From assembly GCA_902595805.1 (NCBI GenBank), contig CACJRM010000002.1:8759-72758 (forward strand): a stretch of DNA of 64,000 nt, in the 5' to 3' direction. Within the stretch, counting starts at the first letter, position 1. Each line of letters opens with the position of its first letter. The notes under the pieces were generated by a model. That model was given only the letters and a program-made list of their open reading frames with translations, had not been told where the DNA came from and searched no databases. The position numbers were made by a program, and so were the translations under genes. Positions 29,191-39,092 of the stretch are shown piece by piece. Origin of the DNA: an uncultured Alphaproteobacteria bacterium. GTDB taxonomy: Bacteria > Pseudomonadota > Alphaproteobacteria > HIMB59 > GCA-002718135.

Positions 29191-31356
29191 ATGATAGAAA
29201 AATTTCAGATTAGCAATTTCAAGGGATTTAACGAGCCACTCAAAATTGATATAGCTCCAATCACTCTTATTTTTGGACCAAATAGTGCTGGTAAATCCTC
29301 AATATCTGATAGTCTTCAAATGATAAAATATAGTGGTCCAAATAGTCTTCAAACTTATTTAGAAAATAAAATTGATTTAGGATCAAATGAAGAAATTTTA
29401 TCAAGGCAAAACACTCCCATAAATAAAAATATCGAATATGCTTTTACTCTTAAATATCCAGAAATAATTAAATCTAATTTTAACGTATTAAATTTAACTA
29501 AAAAAATAAAGATTACTAAAAATTTTAAAATAAATGAATCTGGTTTTTTTAGTATTAACAAAATTTCAATTTTTACAGATAACGAAATTTTTTTTTCAAT
29601 AGATCTTACTGAAAGTAAGAGTGGAGAATTTGATTATGAGTGTAAATTAAATCAATTTTTAGAAAATGATGATAAATTAAAAGAATATTTAAGATCTTTT
29701 GAATACTATGGAAATAAAGAATTATTTTCAGGTTTAAAAAATCAAATTAAGTTCATAATCGATAATAGAAAAAAAGATCTATCTGAGTGGAAAAATAAAA
29801 AAAATAAATTTGAAAATGAATTAATAGAATTAAATAAACAATTAAAAAATGTTTTGGATTACTCAAAATTAATGGATGAATTTTATGAGTTTTATAAAAT
29901 AATTCCAAATATCAATAAAAAGAATAAGGAGCTTAGAAATATATTAAATATATTTATTGAGAATGGTTTAGAAAATTATGAAATTGATGTTATTTTTAAA
30001 TTATTATTAAATATCAAAAAACCTGTAAAAATTTCTATTTCCGATACTTTTGTAAAAGAATTTATAAATTCTGAAAATTATGACCCTCTCATACTTGACT
30101 ATTTTGGAGAGAACAAAGATAGCGCTACAATCGGACTTTTAATCGAAAATATAACTCAAAAATTAAAGAAAATATATTCTGATTCACTGATTACTAAAAC
30201 AAATAATGGATATATTTGGGATGATACAAATTTAAAAACTTACACAATTCCAAGATTAAGAGCGGAAAGTATAAGGTTAAATAATGAATATGATAAATTG
30301 ATTAATCTTACAAATAATGGTGAAAAAATGAGTTTTACAGATCAATTTGCTGATTTTGACAGCAATATTTTAATGAATTATTTAGATATAATAAATAAAC
30401 TCATCTTAAATTCAGAAAAACTAGAAAGTAATAGAAAACCTATAAGTTATGAAAAAGAATTAGATAAATTTAATATTAATTTTTTCAAAATTATAAAAAA
30501 TGATTTTAAGAATAATTATCATTTAAAAGTTGAAGCAAAATATAAGGATAGATTGAATTTTAAATATTTTAGAAATAAAAATACATTTTTGGATTTTTTA
30601 AATATTTCTATTGATAATTTTTTTCCTAACATAGAAGATTTATTATCAGACTATGATCAATTTATTGAAGATTCACTAAATGAATTTACTTTCGTATCAT
30701 GTTATAGAAACTATGACAGGGTTTATCGATCTATTAAAAAATCACAATCATCAATAAATGATATAACTAATTCAACAGCTGATTTAGTTGAAACTTTATC
30801 AAGGGATAAAAAACTACTTGATAAAATAAATTCATGGTTTGAAAAATCAACACTACAATCAAAAATATCGATAGAAGAAACATCTCAAACAAGAACATTA
30901 AATGTTTTTGAAAGAGGTAGTGATGTCAAAATTAATATAGCTGATGCTGGATCAGGAATAAGAAATTTAATTCCAATAATTGCTGTATCATTGTATTCAG
31001 AAACTAAACAGAATAATATTCAAACTTCTAAAATTGAATATAAACCAATAATTGGACTCGAGGAACCCGAAGTTAATCTTCATCCAAGACTACAAATAGA
31101 TCTTGCTTCTTTCATAGCAGACTTTTGTAGATCAAAAAATTTTTTAATCGAAACACATAGTGAAATAATGATGAGAAAAATTCAACAATTAATAAGAGAT
31201 AAAAACTATCACCTATCAAATAAAGATGTAAAAGTTTATTGTGTAAGAAAAAATAGTGATGGTCATTATGTAGATGAAATAAAAATAGACGAAGATGGCA
31301 AATTTCTTGATAAATGGCCACATGGATTTTTTAAAGAAAGAAGTCAACTTTTATAA
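29191..31356 (+). CDS. ABC/SMC-like AAA ATPase with C-terminal DUF3696-type domain
   Basis: Walker A at residues 29-36 (GPNSAGKS, in IFGPNSAGKSSI). About 550 aa of low-complexity/coiled insert. Signature-like ADAGSGIRNLIPI, Walker B IIGLEEPEVNLHP, H-loop IETHSE, C-terminal KWPHGFF. Confidence 0.8.
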   Translation: MIEKFQISNFKGFNEPLKIDIAPITLIFGPNSAGKSSISDSLQMIKYSGPNSLQTYLENKIDLGSNEEILSRQNTPINKNIEYAFTLKYPEIIKSNFNVLNLTKKIKITKNFKINESGFFSINKISIFTDNEIFFSIDLTESKSGEFDYECKLNQFLENDDKLKEYLRSFEYYGNKELFSGLKNQIKFIIDNRKKDLSEWKNKKNKFENELIELNKQLKNVLDYSKLMDEFYEFYKIIPNINKKNKELRNILNIFIENGLENYEIDVIFKLLLNIKKPVKISISDTFVKEFINSENYDPLILDYFGENKDSATIGLLIENITQKLKKIYSDSLITKTNNGYIWDDTNLKTYTIPRLRAESIRLNNEYDKLINLTNNGEKMSFTDQFADFDSNILMNYLDIINKLILNSEKLESNRKPISYEKELDKFNINFFKIIKNDFKNNYHLKVEAKYKDRLNFKYFRNKNTFLDFLNISIDNFFPNIEDLLSDYDQFIEDSLNEFTFVSCYRNYDRVYRSIKKSQSSINDITNSTADLVETLSRDKKLLDKINSWFEKSTLQSKISIEETSQTRTLNVFERGSDVKINIADAGSGIRNLIPIIAVSLYSETKQNNIQTSKIEYKPIIGLEEPEVNLHPRLQIDLASFIADFCRSKNFLIETHSEIMMRKIQQLIRDKNYHLSNKDVKVYCVRKNSDGHYVDEIKIDEDGKFLDKWPHGFFKERSQLL

Positions 31357-31358
31357 TT

Positions 31359-32504
31359 ATGATTTTCAATTATGCATTAACACATCACTGTTGTGAAGAG
31401 TCTATATTTGATGAAACAGTCTATCAAAATTTTATATTTTTATTTGAAGAAGTTATTAATCACAATATTATTTTGATAGTAGATAATGAAAATTATTTAA
31501 TTGATAAATTAAAAAAATCTATACTAACTCATATAGATAATGACGAAAATGATCATATAATTAACTTAATTAGTGAATTAGAGGATCAAAATAAACTTTA
31601 TAAACATAATTATAAATATGATGAAAATGATATTGATTTATACTTAGATTCAATAGTTAAAAAAAATATAAATCTTGATGCAATATTAGTTGATTATATT
31701 GAAGAAAAAAATTTTATGAAAGCAATTCCAATTCAAAAATTTAATAAAAGACATAAATTTGATGAGGAAAGAAGAAAAATAAGTAAATCTGGTTTAAAAC
31801 TTACTGATTTTAATATTAAACAATTAGATAAGCATTACGAAAGGCTTACATGGGACTCGCCAGTTTTTTATTATTATGATTATAATTTGGGAAGTGGGGG
31901 TTTAAAAGATTATGAAATCAAAAATCTAAAATCTATAACTTATAATAATAAAAATTATATTTACTTACCTGGTGGAATTAAAAATAAGCAATTAGAGAAA
32001 TTTAAAGCAGGCTTTACTTCATTAAAAAGAAATATAGAGGAAATATATAAATATTTTAATAAATCTAAGAGGATAACAATAAATATTTATACTCCACAGC
32101 CAAATAAAATTTACAAAAATTTATCTTTAGAAGAAAGAATAGAAGCTTACGAAAAAAATAGGCGAATGCTAGATTTTCTAAACAACAATATATTTGATGA
32201 ATTAAATAATGAAAATATAGAATTTATTCTCTATTTTTACGATTCACTTATGAATGAAGACAGTAAATTTGGATCTTCTGAGCACAATAGAATATTTTAT
32301 TCATTAAGCTCTAAACCATTAGATGTTGCAAAAGGACTTGATATTTATGATGTACCCTCAGGTGTAATTCAACAGGGTAAGTGGCGATTTATTTCAGATG
32401 ATAAAGATGAGATTTATGAAGAAATATTACAAAAAAACCCTAGAATATCTAAAAAATATGAAGAAAAAATAAATCATTTAATATTATCTAGGCCAAGTAC
32501 TTGA
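31359..32504 (+). CDS. hypothetical protein, partner of the ATPase
   Basis: Starts 2 nt after the ATPase stop. 381 aa with no nuclease, HNH, TOPRIM or other motif that I can recognise. Confidence 0.6.
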   Translation: MIFNYALTHHCCEESIFDETVYQNFIFLFEEVINHNIILIVDNENYLIDKLKKSILTHIDNDENDHIINLISELEDQNKLYKHNYKYDENDIDLYLDSIVKKNINLDAILVDYIEEKNFMKAIPIQKFNKRHKFDEERRKISKSGLKLTDFNIKQLDKHYERLTWDSPVFYYYDYNLGSGGLKDYEIKNLKSITYNNKNYIYLPGGIKNKQLEKFKAGFTSLKRNIEEIYKYFNKSKRITINIYTPQPNKIYKNLSLEERIEAYEKNRRMLDFLNNNIFDELNNENIEFILYFYDSLMNEDSKFGSSEHNRIFYSLSSKPLDVAKGLDIYDVPSGVIQQGKWRFISDDKDEIYEEILQKNPRISKKYEEKINHLILSRPST

Positions 32505-32554
32505 ATTTATTTTAAAATTTATTATTATAATATTTATAGGCATCGCAGCATGGT

Positions 32555-33433
32555 ATGTATATTTATCCTGTGGGTCGGCTGCAGACCCCAGAGCCTTTAA
32601 AAAATAAACTTTGGAGACTATCCAAAACTAATTCTATTTCACCTGTTGAAGAGTGCGATTTAATAAATAGATGTATTAAGTTTAACTGCAAAAAATCTTA
32701 TAATAAACTTTATTTTTCTCATATTAAAATAGTAAATAAATTTGCATTAAAATTCTCAAAATCCTTTAATGACTTATTTTATGAATTACAGGGGGAAGGT
32801 TTCAAGGGATTATCTCATGCAATACAAAAAATAGATCCTAAGAAAGCAAGATTATCAACCTACGCTCCTTTCTGGATAAGTTATTATATAGAAACATATT
32901 TTTTACAGAATAATTTTGGGAACATAAGTATAGGAGTAAGTAGTGTTGAGAAAAAAATATTTTATTATCTAAGAAATTTAAAAATTGATCATAAGGAACT
33001 TAGTGAAGATGAAATAATCAAAATTGCAAAAAAAAATAAAGTAAAAACCAATCTTGTAAAAGATATTCTTTCATTTGTCAGTGTTAGAAATAAGGAAAAT
33101 AAACAAAAAGATTTAAGTCAGAATTTTGAAAATTCCTCATCATCTAGAACAATCCTAGATAATCTCGCTTATGAGATGAATATAGATCATAATTCATATG
33201 ATGAGACTGATAAAAATATAGACTTGGAAAAATATATGAGAAAAATAAAATCATGGCTATCATGTATAAATAGCAGAGACAGAAGAATATTTGAAAAAAA
33301 ACACTTAATGGAAAAAACATACAATGAAATTGCAAAAGAAGAAAAAATCTCTTTTCAAAGAGTAAGCCAGATAGACAAAAAAAACTTTAATGAACTAAAA
33401 AAATACATGATGGACTATAATTATGCTGCCTAA
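32555..33433 (+). CDS. sigma-70 family RNA polymerase sigma factor, RpoH-like
   Basis: Region 2 LQGEGFKGLSHAIQKIDPKKARLSTYAPFWISYYIETYF. RpoH-box-like ISIGVSSVEKKIFYYLRNLK (compare RpoH VKVATTKAQRKLFFNLRK). Region 4 HTH TYNEIAKEEKISFQRVSQIDKKNFNELKKY. Confidence 0.7.
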   Translation: MYIYPVGRLQTPEPLKNKLWRLSKTNSISPVEECDLINRCIKFNCKKSYNKLYFSHIKIVNKFALKFSKSFNDLFYELQGEGFKGLSHAIQKIDPKKARLSTYAPFWISYYIETYFLQNNFGNISIGVSSVEKKIFYYLRNLKIDHKELSEDEIIKIAKKNKVKTNLVKDILSFVSVRNKENKQKDLSQNFENSSSSRTILDNLAYEMNIDHNSYDETDKNIDLEKYMRKIKSWLSCINSRDRRIFEKKHLMEKTYNEIAKEEKISFQRVSQIDKKNFNELKKYMMDYNYAA

Positions 33434-33466
33434 CATGCTATATTTTTTATCAAAAAAGGAAATATC

Positions 33467-33847
33467 ATGGATGCAAACTATACTAAAGACGAGATTAAAA
33501 TACGTATCCTCGTATTACTTGCCATTGCTGACAAAGAATTTCATGAAAGCGAAGATAAGATGATTAAAAATATACTTAAGGAGCATCAAATAGAATCTAA
33601 AAACTATGATGTTATTAGAGACCAAGTATTAAACTCACCAGAAACTTTTGATGAAATTTGTGCAAATTCACTTAAACAAATTAAAGACAGTGATGAACAG
33701 CAGGATTTGTTAAAAATCCTGTTTGTCTTATCGATGGCAGATTATATTCTTCATGAAGATGAAATTAGATTTATTGAACTTTGTGCAAAGGAATGGGGTG
33801 TCTACGGAGACTCTTTTAAAGAAATGATTAAGGACAATAATGGTTAA
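33467..33847 (+). CDS. TerB-like domain protein
   Basis: Two helical repeats with the TerB-type signature: LLAIADKEFHESEDKMI and VLSMADYILHEDEIRFI. Confidence 0.5.
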   Translation: MDANYTKDEIKIRILVLLAIADKEFHESEDKMIKNILKEHQIESKNYDVIRDQVLNSPETFDEICANSLKQIKDSDEQQDLLKILFVLSMADYILHEDEIRFIELCAKEWGVYGDSFKEMIKDNNG

Positions 33848-35168
33848 AGAATTACCTCCTAGTGCAGCTTCAATGATAATGGCTCTAAGAGCTTTTGGTT
33901 ATACACCAGAGTCTGCCATAGCTGATATCATTGATAATTCTATCAAAGCTAATGCTAGGAACATTGATTTTCAAACATATGATGGAGGCATAGATAAAGC
34001 AAAAAATTATGTTTCTATTTGCGATGATGGAGATGGCCTGAACGATAACGAAATTGTTGAGAAGGCCATGCCTTGGGGTGCGAAAGATGAACTACGTGAA
34101 GAAAAAGATTTAGGTAAATTTGGATTTGGTTTGAAATCGGCCTCTTTATCTCAATGTAAAAAATTAACAGTAATTTCAAAGGGTAGTCAGGGTAAAATCA
34201 AACACTATACTTGGGATGTAGATCATGTTCAGACACATGACAAATGGGAAATTACTGATGATTATTCTGATAGTTTTCAACCACATTTTGATAGACTTGA
34301 TAAAATGAAAAGTGGCACTGTAATCCTCTGGCAAAATCTTGATAGATTATATGAAGCCGAAAATTATGATAAGAAATGGCAACACCGAATTTTAGGAAAG
34401 GTAAGAAATAAAGCTAAAGCACATATTTCAATGATCTTTCATAAATATGCTGATGAAATAAATTTTACATTACAAGGGAATCTCTTTCCTATCAAACCTT
34501 GGAGCCCGTTTTATGAAGATCATATGCATACAATTGCATCTCCAGCTCAAAAAATTCTACACAAAGAGAGTACAACCCTAGTTCAGTCTTTTATATTACC
34601 AGAAGAAAAATATTTTTTAGATGAAGAAAATTTTAAAGGGCCAACTGGTAATTCTACTGATAGACAAGGTATATACGTATATAGAAAAAAAAGATTAATA
34701 GTTCCAGGAGGTTGGCATAATATTACTTCGTCAAGAAATAAACCCATAATTAGTAAAGAAAAATATAACCGTTTAAGAATTATGGTTGATTATGATGGAA
34801 AGAATGACAATGATTGGAGACTTGACGTGAAAAAAGACAGTGTAATTATTCCAGGTTATGTAAGTAATCAACTTTCATCAATAGTTGCGCATCAATTAGA
34901 TATATTACAGAAAGAAAATTATAAAGTAAAACCTATAAAAAAACAGGGAGCTGTAACACCATGGCAAATTATAAATAATTATGGAAAAATAAGTGCAAAA
35001 ATTGATAGACAAAATGAATTAGTAAAAAAAATTATGGATTCAGAAAAATTGAATAGAGATGAATTTGAAAAATTTATGAAAGTTATTGAAACAACAATAC
35101 CACTTGAAAATATAGACTTTAATAATCACAATTTTGATGATGAAGATACAATAGGAGAAAATAGTTGA
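33840..35168 (+). CDS. GHKL-superfamily ATPase (HATPase_c_3 / MORC-MutL-like) of an R-M-associated module
   Basis: N-box IADIIDNSIKANA, G1 box ICDDGDGL, G2 box GKFGFGLKSAS. Confidence 0.8.
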   Translation: MVKELPPSAASMIMALRAFGYTPESAIADIIDNSIKANARNIDFQTYDGGIDKAKNYVSICDDGDGLNDNEIVEKAMPWGAKDELREEKDLGKFGFGLKSASLSQCKKLTVISKGSQGKIKHYTWDVDHVQTHDKWEITDDYSDSFQPHFDRLDKMKSGTVILWQNLDRLYEAENYDKKWQHRILGKVRNKAKAHISMIFHKYADEINFTLQGNLFPIKPWSPFYEDHMHTIASPAQKILHKESTTLVQSFILPEEKYFLDEENFKGPTGNSTDRQGIYVYRKKRLIVPGGWHNITSSRNKPIISKEKYNRLRIMVDYDGKNDNDWRLDVKKDSVIIPGYVSNQLSSIVAHQLDILQKENYKVKPIKKQGAVTPWQIINNYGKISAKIDRQNELVKKIMDSEKLNRDEFEKFMKVIETTIPLENIDFNNHNFDDEDTIGENS

Positions 35169-38092
35169 GTAGCGAAGATTATAAAAGAGTTAGAAAAAAT
35201 GTTCTTGATATTCTTAAACCAGATGATGATGACGATAATAATGTTGTAGAAGAACATGTAATTGAAGAAACTGTTGATCAATTATTTAAAATGCGTCCCA
35301 AATGGAGAGAAACAGTAGATAAAAAACTTCTTATAAAAGATTTATACGAGACACTTTTAGTAAAAATAAACGGAGAAGAAATTATTTTTGCAGATAAAAA
35401 AAATAATAGACATAAACCATGGCTAGATGAAAAAATTAGTAAAATAAAGTGGAAATTTTTTGACAGATATATGGAGCATCTTGAAAATTCAACTGATATT
35501 GCCCCTAGAGCTCTAGCAAAAATTAAATCTATGAGTGCCAAAATTCTATCGAACATTGAAGATCCTGAAAGAGAAGATCTTCAGTGGGATGTGAGAGGGA
35601 TGGTTGTTGGAGAAGTTCAGGCTGGCAAAACAGCAAGTTATATCGCCCTAATTAATAGAGCTATAGACGCAGGTTACAAACGCATTGTAGTTTTATGTGG
35701 ATTAAATAATGATTTACGATCCCAAACACAACAAAGAATAGAGGAGGGCGTAATTGGAAGAGACAACTCCCAGACTGGAGGTATGAACAAAATTATAGGT
35801 GTTGGAAATATAGAGGGGTATGATGATATTCAAAATAAAGTTCAAATACATACTACAAGAGATGACGCAGGTGATTTTAATGTAATAAGAGCTAGAACTT
35901 TTGCTCCAATAGGGGATGCACCAGTTGTTTTAATTGTTAAGAAAAATGTATCTGTTCTCGAAAATATTCTTTTATGGATAATGAGAGATGCTGCCCCATC
36001 ATTTGATGAAAATACCTCATGGGATTGGAGTGAAAGATTATTTAAAGACATCAAAGCAATGTCAATTGATGGAAACTCTCTTAAAACATACGCTCCAAAA
36101 GTGAAAAATAAACCATTACTTCTAATTGATGATGAGTGTGACCAAGCATCAGTAGATACAAATCCTGATCATTCAGTAATTAGTGGAGAAGAAGCAAACC
36201 CTGAACATGATCCAACAAAAACAAATAAGCTTATAAGAAGAATTTTAAAAGCTTATGATAAATCTTCTTATGTTGGATATACCGCCACTCCCTACAGTAA
36301 TGCTTTTATATCAAATGATTTAAAAACAGATAAAGAGGGTGCTGATATTTATCCTAGGGATTTCATAATCAATTTGCCTTCACCAAGTAACTACATTGGA
36401 GCACTTAGAATATTTTCTGATGAAGAAAAAATACCAAATCTAATAAATAATATAAGTGACTACATTGATGAAAACATAGATCCTAATAAAGAGCCTAATG
36501 GATGGATGCCACCTTTTCATAAAATAACTCATAAACCAAAATATAAAAATAATCAGTCTATTCCTCCTAGTTTAGAGAATGCTATAATTTCTTTTTTAAT
36601 ATCTTGCGCAATTAGAAAGTTAAGAGGTTATGATAATGGTAATAGCATGCTCGTACATGTATCAAGGTATGTGCCAGTATCAGAAATTGTAGCAGATCAA
36701 ATACAGCAATATGTAACAGATTTAGAGAGTATAATTGATGGTAATGAATTTTATTTAAACAAAGTTAATAAAATCTATGAAACAAATTTTAAAAATAAAC
36801 TTAATAATGAATACAATATTGGAAGAGAAGAGGTTAATTTTGATAATATAATAAAAATTATTCAACAAGATATTGAAATTGGAAAAATAGTCGTTGAGCT
36901 TGTTAATGGATCTGCTTTAAGTAAAAAAGAATATGATAGATCGCTGAGAGCAAAAAAGAATATCATTGCAGTTGGCGGTCAACGTCTTTCAAGAGGACTT
37001 ACATTAAAAAGTCTAATGATTAGTTATTTTTTAAGAACTGCAAAAAGACCTTTAACAGATACAATGACACAAATGGGTAGATGGTTTGGATACAGACCTC
37101 TTTATGATGATTTATGTAAATTATATTTAACAGGTGAGTCAGAACATAGTTTTAGAGAATTTGCTGAAAGAGATTATGAATTTAGATCAAAAATTGAAGA
37201 TATGAACGACCAGGAAAGAACACCAGAACAATACATTCTGATGATTGAAAGAGATCCTCATTACGAACTTACTTCTAAAAGAAAAACGAAATATACTGCA
37301 AATGTTCAATTAGATTTTAGTGGCTGGTTTGCTCAAACAGTAGTTTTGCACAAAGAAAATAATAAAGAAGAGTTAAATAAAAAAAATAGGGAAGCTGTTA
37401 AAAATCTTATAAAAAATATCGGAAAAACTTCAGACAAAAGAGATAAAAATATTAATTCATACCTTTGGAAAAATGTAGATAGTAAAAAAATAATCGAATT
37501 TTTTAAAAATTTTCGACATCATAAAGATAATAGAAAAGTCAGTCCAGAGAGCTTTAATCATTACATTGAAAGAATGAATAAAAGAAATGAATTAAATTTT
37601 TGGTCAGTTGGAATAATATCATCAAGTGACAATGTTAAAGAATTATTAATTCATGAAGATTTAAAAGAATATAAAATAAAACCTCATGTTAGAAAATCAA
37701 ATAATCCAGAAAAAGATGATGAGTCAACACATCGAATTCAAACACTATCTTCTGCAACTCATGAAAGTTTTGATTTAAATGATGAAGAATATAATGCAGC
37801 ATTAATAAAATGGAAAGAGTCAGGTGGTGAAGAAAAAAAAGAATCAAAAAGGCTATATTATAGATGGGCTAGAGGTTCAGCCTTTCTTGAAAATATTTAC
37901 TCCGATAAAAATGACAATGGTATCCGCCCCTTACTCCTAATTTATCCAGTAATTGGTAAACCAAATGATGACACATCAAAAGAATTTCCAATGATTGGAT
38001 TGGCAGTTGCGTTTCCAAAATTAGGAAAAAGTGATCCTAAACAATACATTATGTCATTAGATCAAAAAAAGAGGTTGTTTGAAGAAGAATAG
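35165..38092 (+). CDS. Z1-domain protein (SF2 helicase-like ATPase)
   Basis: Walker A GEVQAGKTAS, DExx box LLLIDDECDQASVDT, motif III GYTATPYSN. Z1 signature GGQRLSRGLTLKSLMISYF...DTMTQMGRWFGYRPLYDDLCKLY. Confidence 0.8.
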   Translation: MSSEDYKRVRKNVLDILKPDDDDDNNVVEEHVIEETVDQLFKMRPKWRETVDKKLLIKDLYETLLVKINGEEIIFADKKNNRHKPWLDEKISKIKWKFFDRYMEHLENSTDIAPRALAKIKSMSAKILSNIEDPEREDLQWDVRGMVVGEVQAGKTASYIALINRAIDAGYKRIVVLCGLNNDLRSQTQQRIEEGVIGRDNSQTGGMNKIIGVGNIEGYDDIQNKVQIHTTRDDAGDFNVIRARTFAPIGDAPVVLIVKKNVSVLENILLWIMRDAAPSFDENTSWDWSERLFKDIKAMSIDGNSLKTYAPKVKNKPLLLIDDECDQASVDTNPDHSVISGEEANPEHDPTKTNKLIRRILKAYDKSSYVGYTATPYSNAFISNDLKTDKEGADIYPRDFIINLPSPSNYIGALRIFSDEEKIPNLINNISDYIDENIDPNKEPNGWMPPFHKITHKPKYKNNQSIPPSLENAIISFLISCAIRKLRGYDNGNSMLVHVSRYVPVSEIVADQIQQYVTDLESIIDGNEFYLNKVNKIYETNFKNKLNNEYNIGREEVNFDNIIKIIQQDIEIGKIVVELVNGSALSKKEYDRSLRAKKNIIAVGGQRLSRGLTLKSLMISYFLRTAKRPLTDTMTQMGRWFGYRPLYDDLCKLYLTGESEHSFREFAERDYEFRSKIEDMNDQERTPEQYILMIERDPHYELTSKRKTKYTANVQLDFSGWFAQTVVLHKENNKEELNKKNREAVKNLIKNIGKTSDKRDKNINSYLWKNVDSKKIIEFFKNFRHHKDNRKVSPESFNHYIERMNKRNELNFWSVGIISSSDNVKELLIHEDLKEYKIKPHVRKSNNPEKDDESTHRIQTLSSATHESFDLNDEEYNAALIKWKESGGEEKKESKRLYYRWARGSAFLENIYSDKNDNGIRPLLLIYPVIGKPNDDTSKEFPMIGLAVAFPKLGKSDPKQYIMSLDQKKRLFEEE

Positions 38093-39092
38093 ACAATCAA
38101 TTTTTGAAATAACACTTGATACAATTGATATATCAAATCAAAAAGATGGTTTAATAGCAAAAAAACTTCCCATTAATAATGAGAATAGAATTTTTGCAGC
38201 ATATAAAGCTCCTGAAAAACTTATTACACTAATCGTTGAAGTTCCAAGTAGTATAGTCAAGTTTGAAAATAAATTTGAGTCAAAAGGCTTTGATGTAGTT
38301 CATCAAATAAAAAAAAATGAAAAAAAAATAACTCAAGTCATAATCTTTCTTAAGGATAATAAATTTAAGGAAATTTTTTTTGAAATAGTCGATTTATTTA
38401 TCCAAAAAATAAAGGATATAGAGGATGATAAGGAATTTTATAATAATCTAATTCATCGCATAAAACTCTTTATCGATTTTTTTGAAAAATATTCTAAGTC
38501 TGGAATGCTAATTAATCAACAGCAGGGTTTATTTTCCGAGCTTGAAATAATGGAAAAATATTTTTTTGATCATTATGGAATTTCGAAAACTCTAGATATG
38601 TGGAGAGGTCCAAAAAGTGGACTTCATGATTTTACAATTAAAGGGACTTCTCTTGAAGTAAAATCTACAAATAATTTTCCTGCACTCGAAGTAAATATAA
38701 CAAATGAGAACCAATTAAATAATGAAAGAGTAAATAATCTTTTTTTATCTGTACTGGAAATTATTAGAGGATCGAGTACTGGAGAAAGTCTTGCAGAAAA
38801 GGTAATAAAATTAAGAGAAATAATTAACTCAAAGGAAGAAGCTCTGATAAATAAGTTTAATGAACTATTGAATGAGTATGGTTATTATGACTCGCAATCA
38901 TTTAATTATCTTGAGACATTTAAGTCAAATGTTATTTATTTTTATAAAGTTGAAAAAAATTTCCCAAGAATTCTACCCTCGTCATTACTGAGAGGTATAA
39001 AAAATGTAAAATATAGGATAGAGTTGAACAACTGTGAAGAATACCAAGTTGAATATGAATTAATAAAGAAAGAATTTGATAATGTCATATAA
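38079..39092 (+). CDS. PD-(D/E)XK motif protein (DUF4420-like)
   Basis: TTG start. GLHDFTIKGTSLEVKST gives a D...E-x-K catalytic arrangement. Position between Z1 and AIPR matches the known neighbourhood. Confidence 0.65.
   Translation: MKKNRQSIFEITLDTIDISNQKDGLIAKKLPINNENRIFAAYKAPEKLITLIVEVPSSIVKFENKFESKGFDVVHQIKKNEKKITQVIIFLKDNKFKEIFFEIVDLFIQKIKDIEDDKEFYNNLIHRIKLFIDFFEKYSKSGMLINQQQGLFSELEIMEKYFFDHYGISKTLDMWRGPKSGLHDFTIKGTSLEVKSTNNFPALEVNITNENQLNNERVNNLFLSVLEIIRGSSTGESLAEKVIKLREIINSKEEALINKFNELLNEYGYYDSQSFNYLETFKSNVIYFYKVEKNFPRILPSSLLRGIKNVKYRIELNNCEEYQVEYELIKKEFDNVI

Noticed and set aside
32540-32595. Locally GC-rich patch (GGCATCGCAGCATGG...GGGTCGGCTGCAGACCCCAGAGCC) with a 5-bp hairpin at the 5' end of the sigma factor gene. 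I considered a tRNA remnant, an att core or a small RNA.
   Set aside because: No cloverleaf can be built, I could not find a second copy in the window, and most of it lies inside the sigma factor reading frame. It is kept only as a note, since it could still mark a recombination junction.
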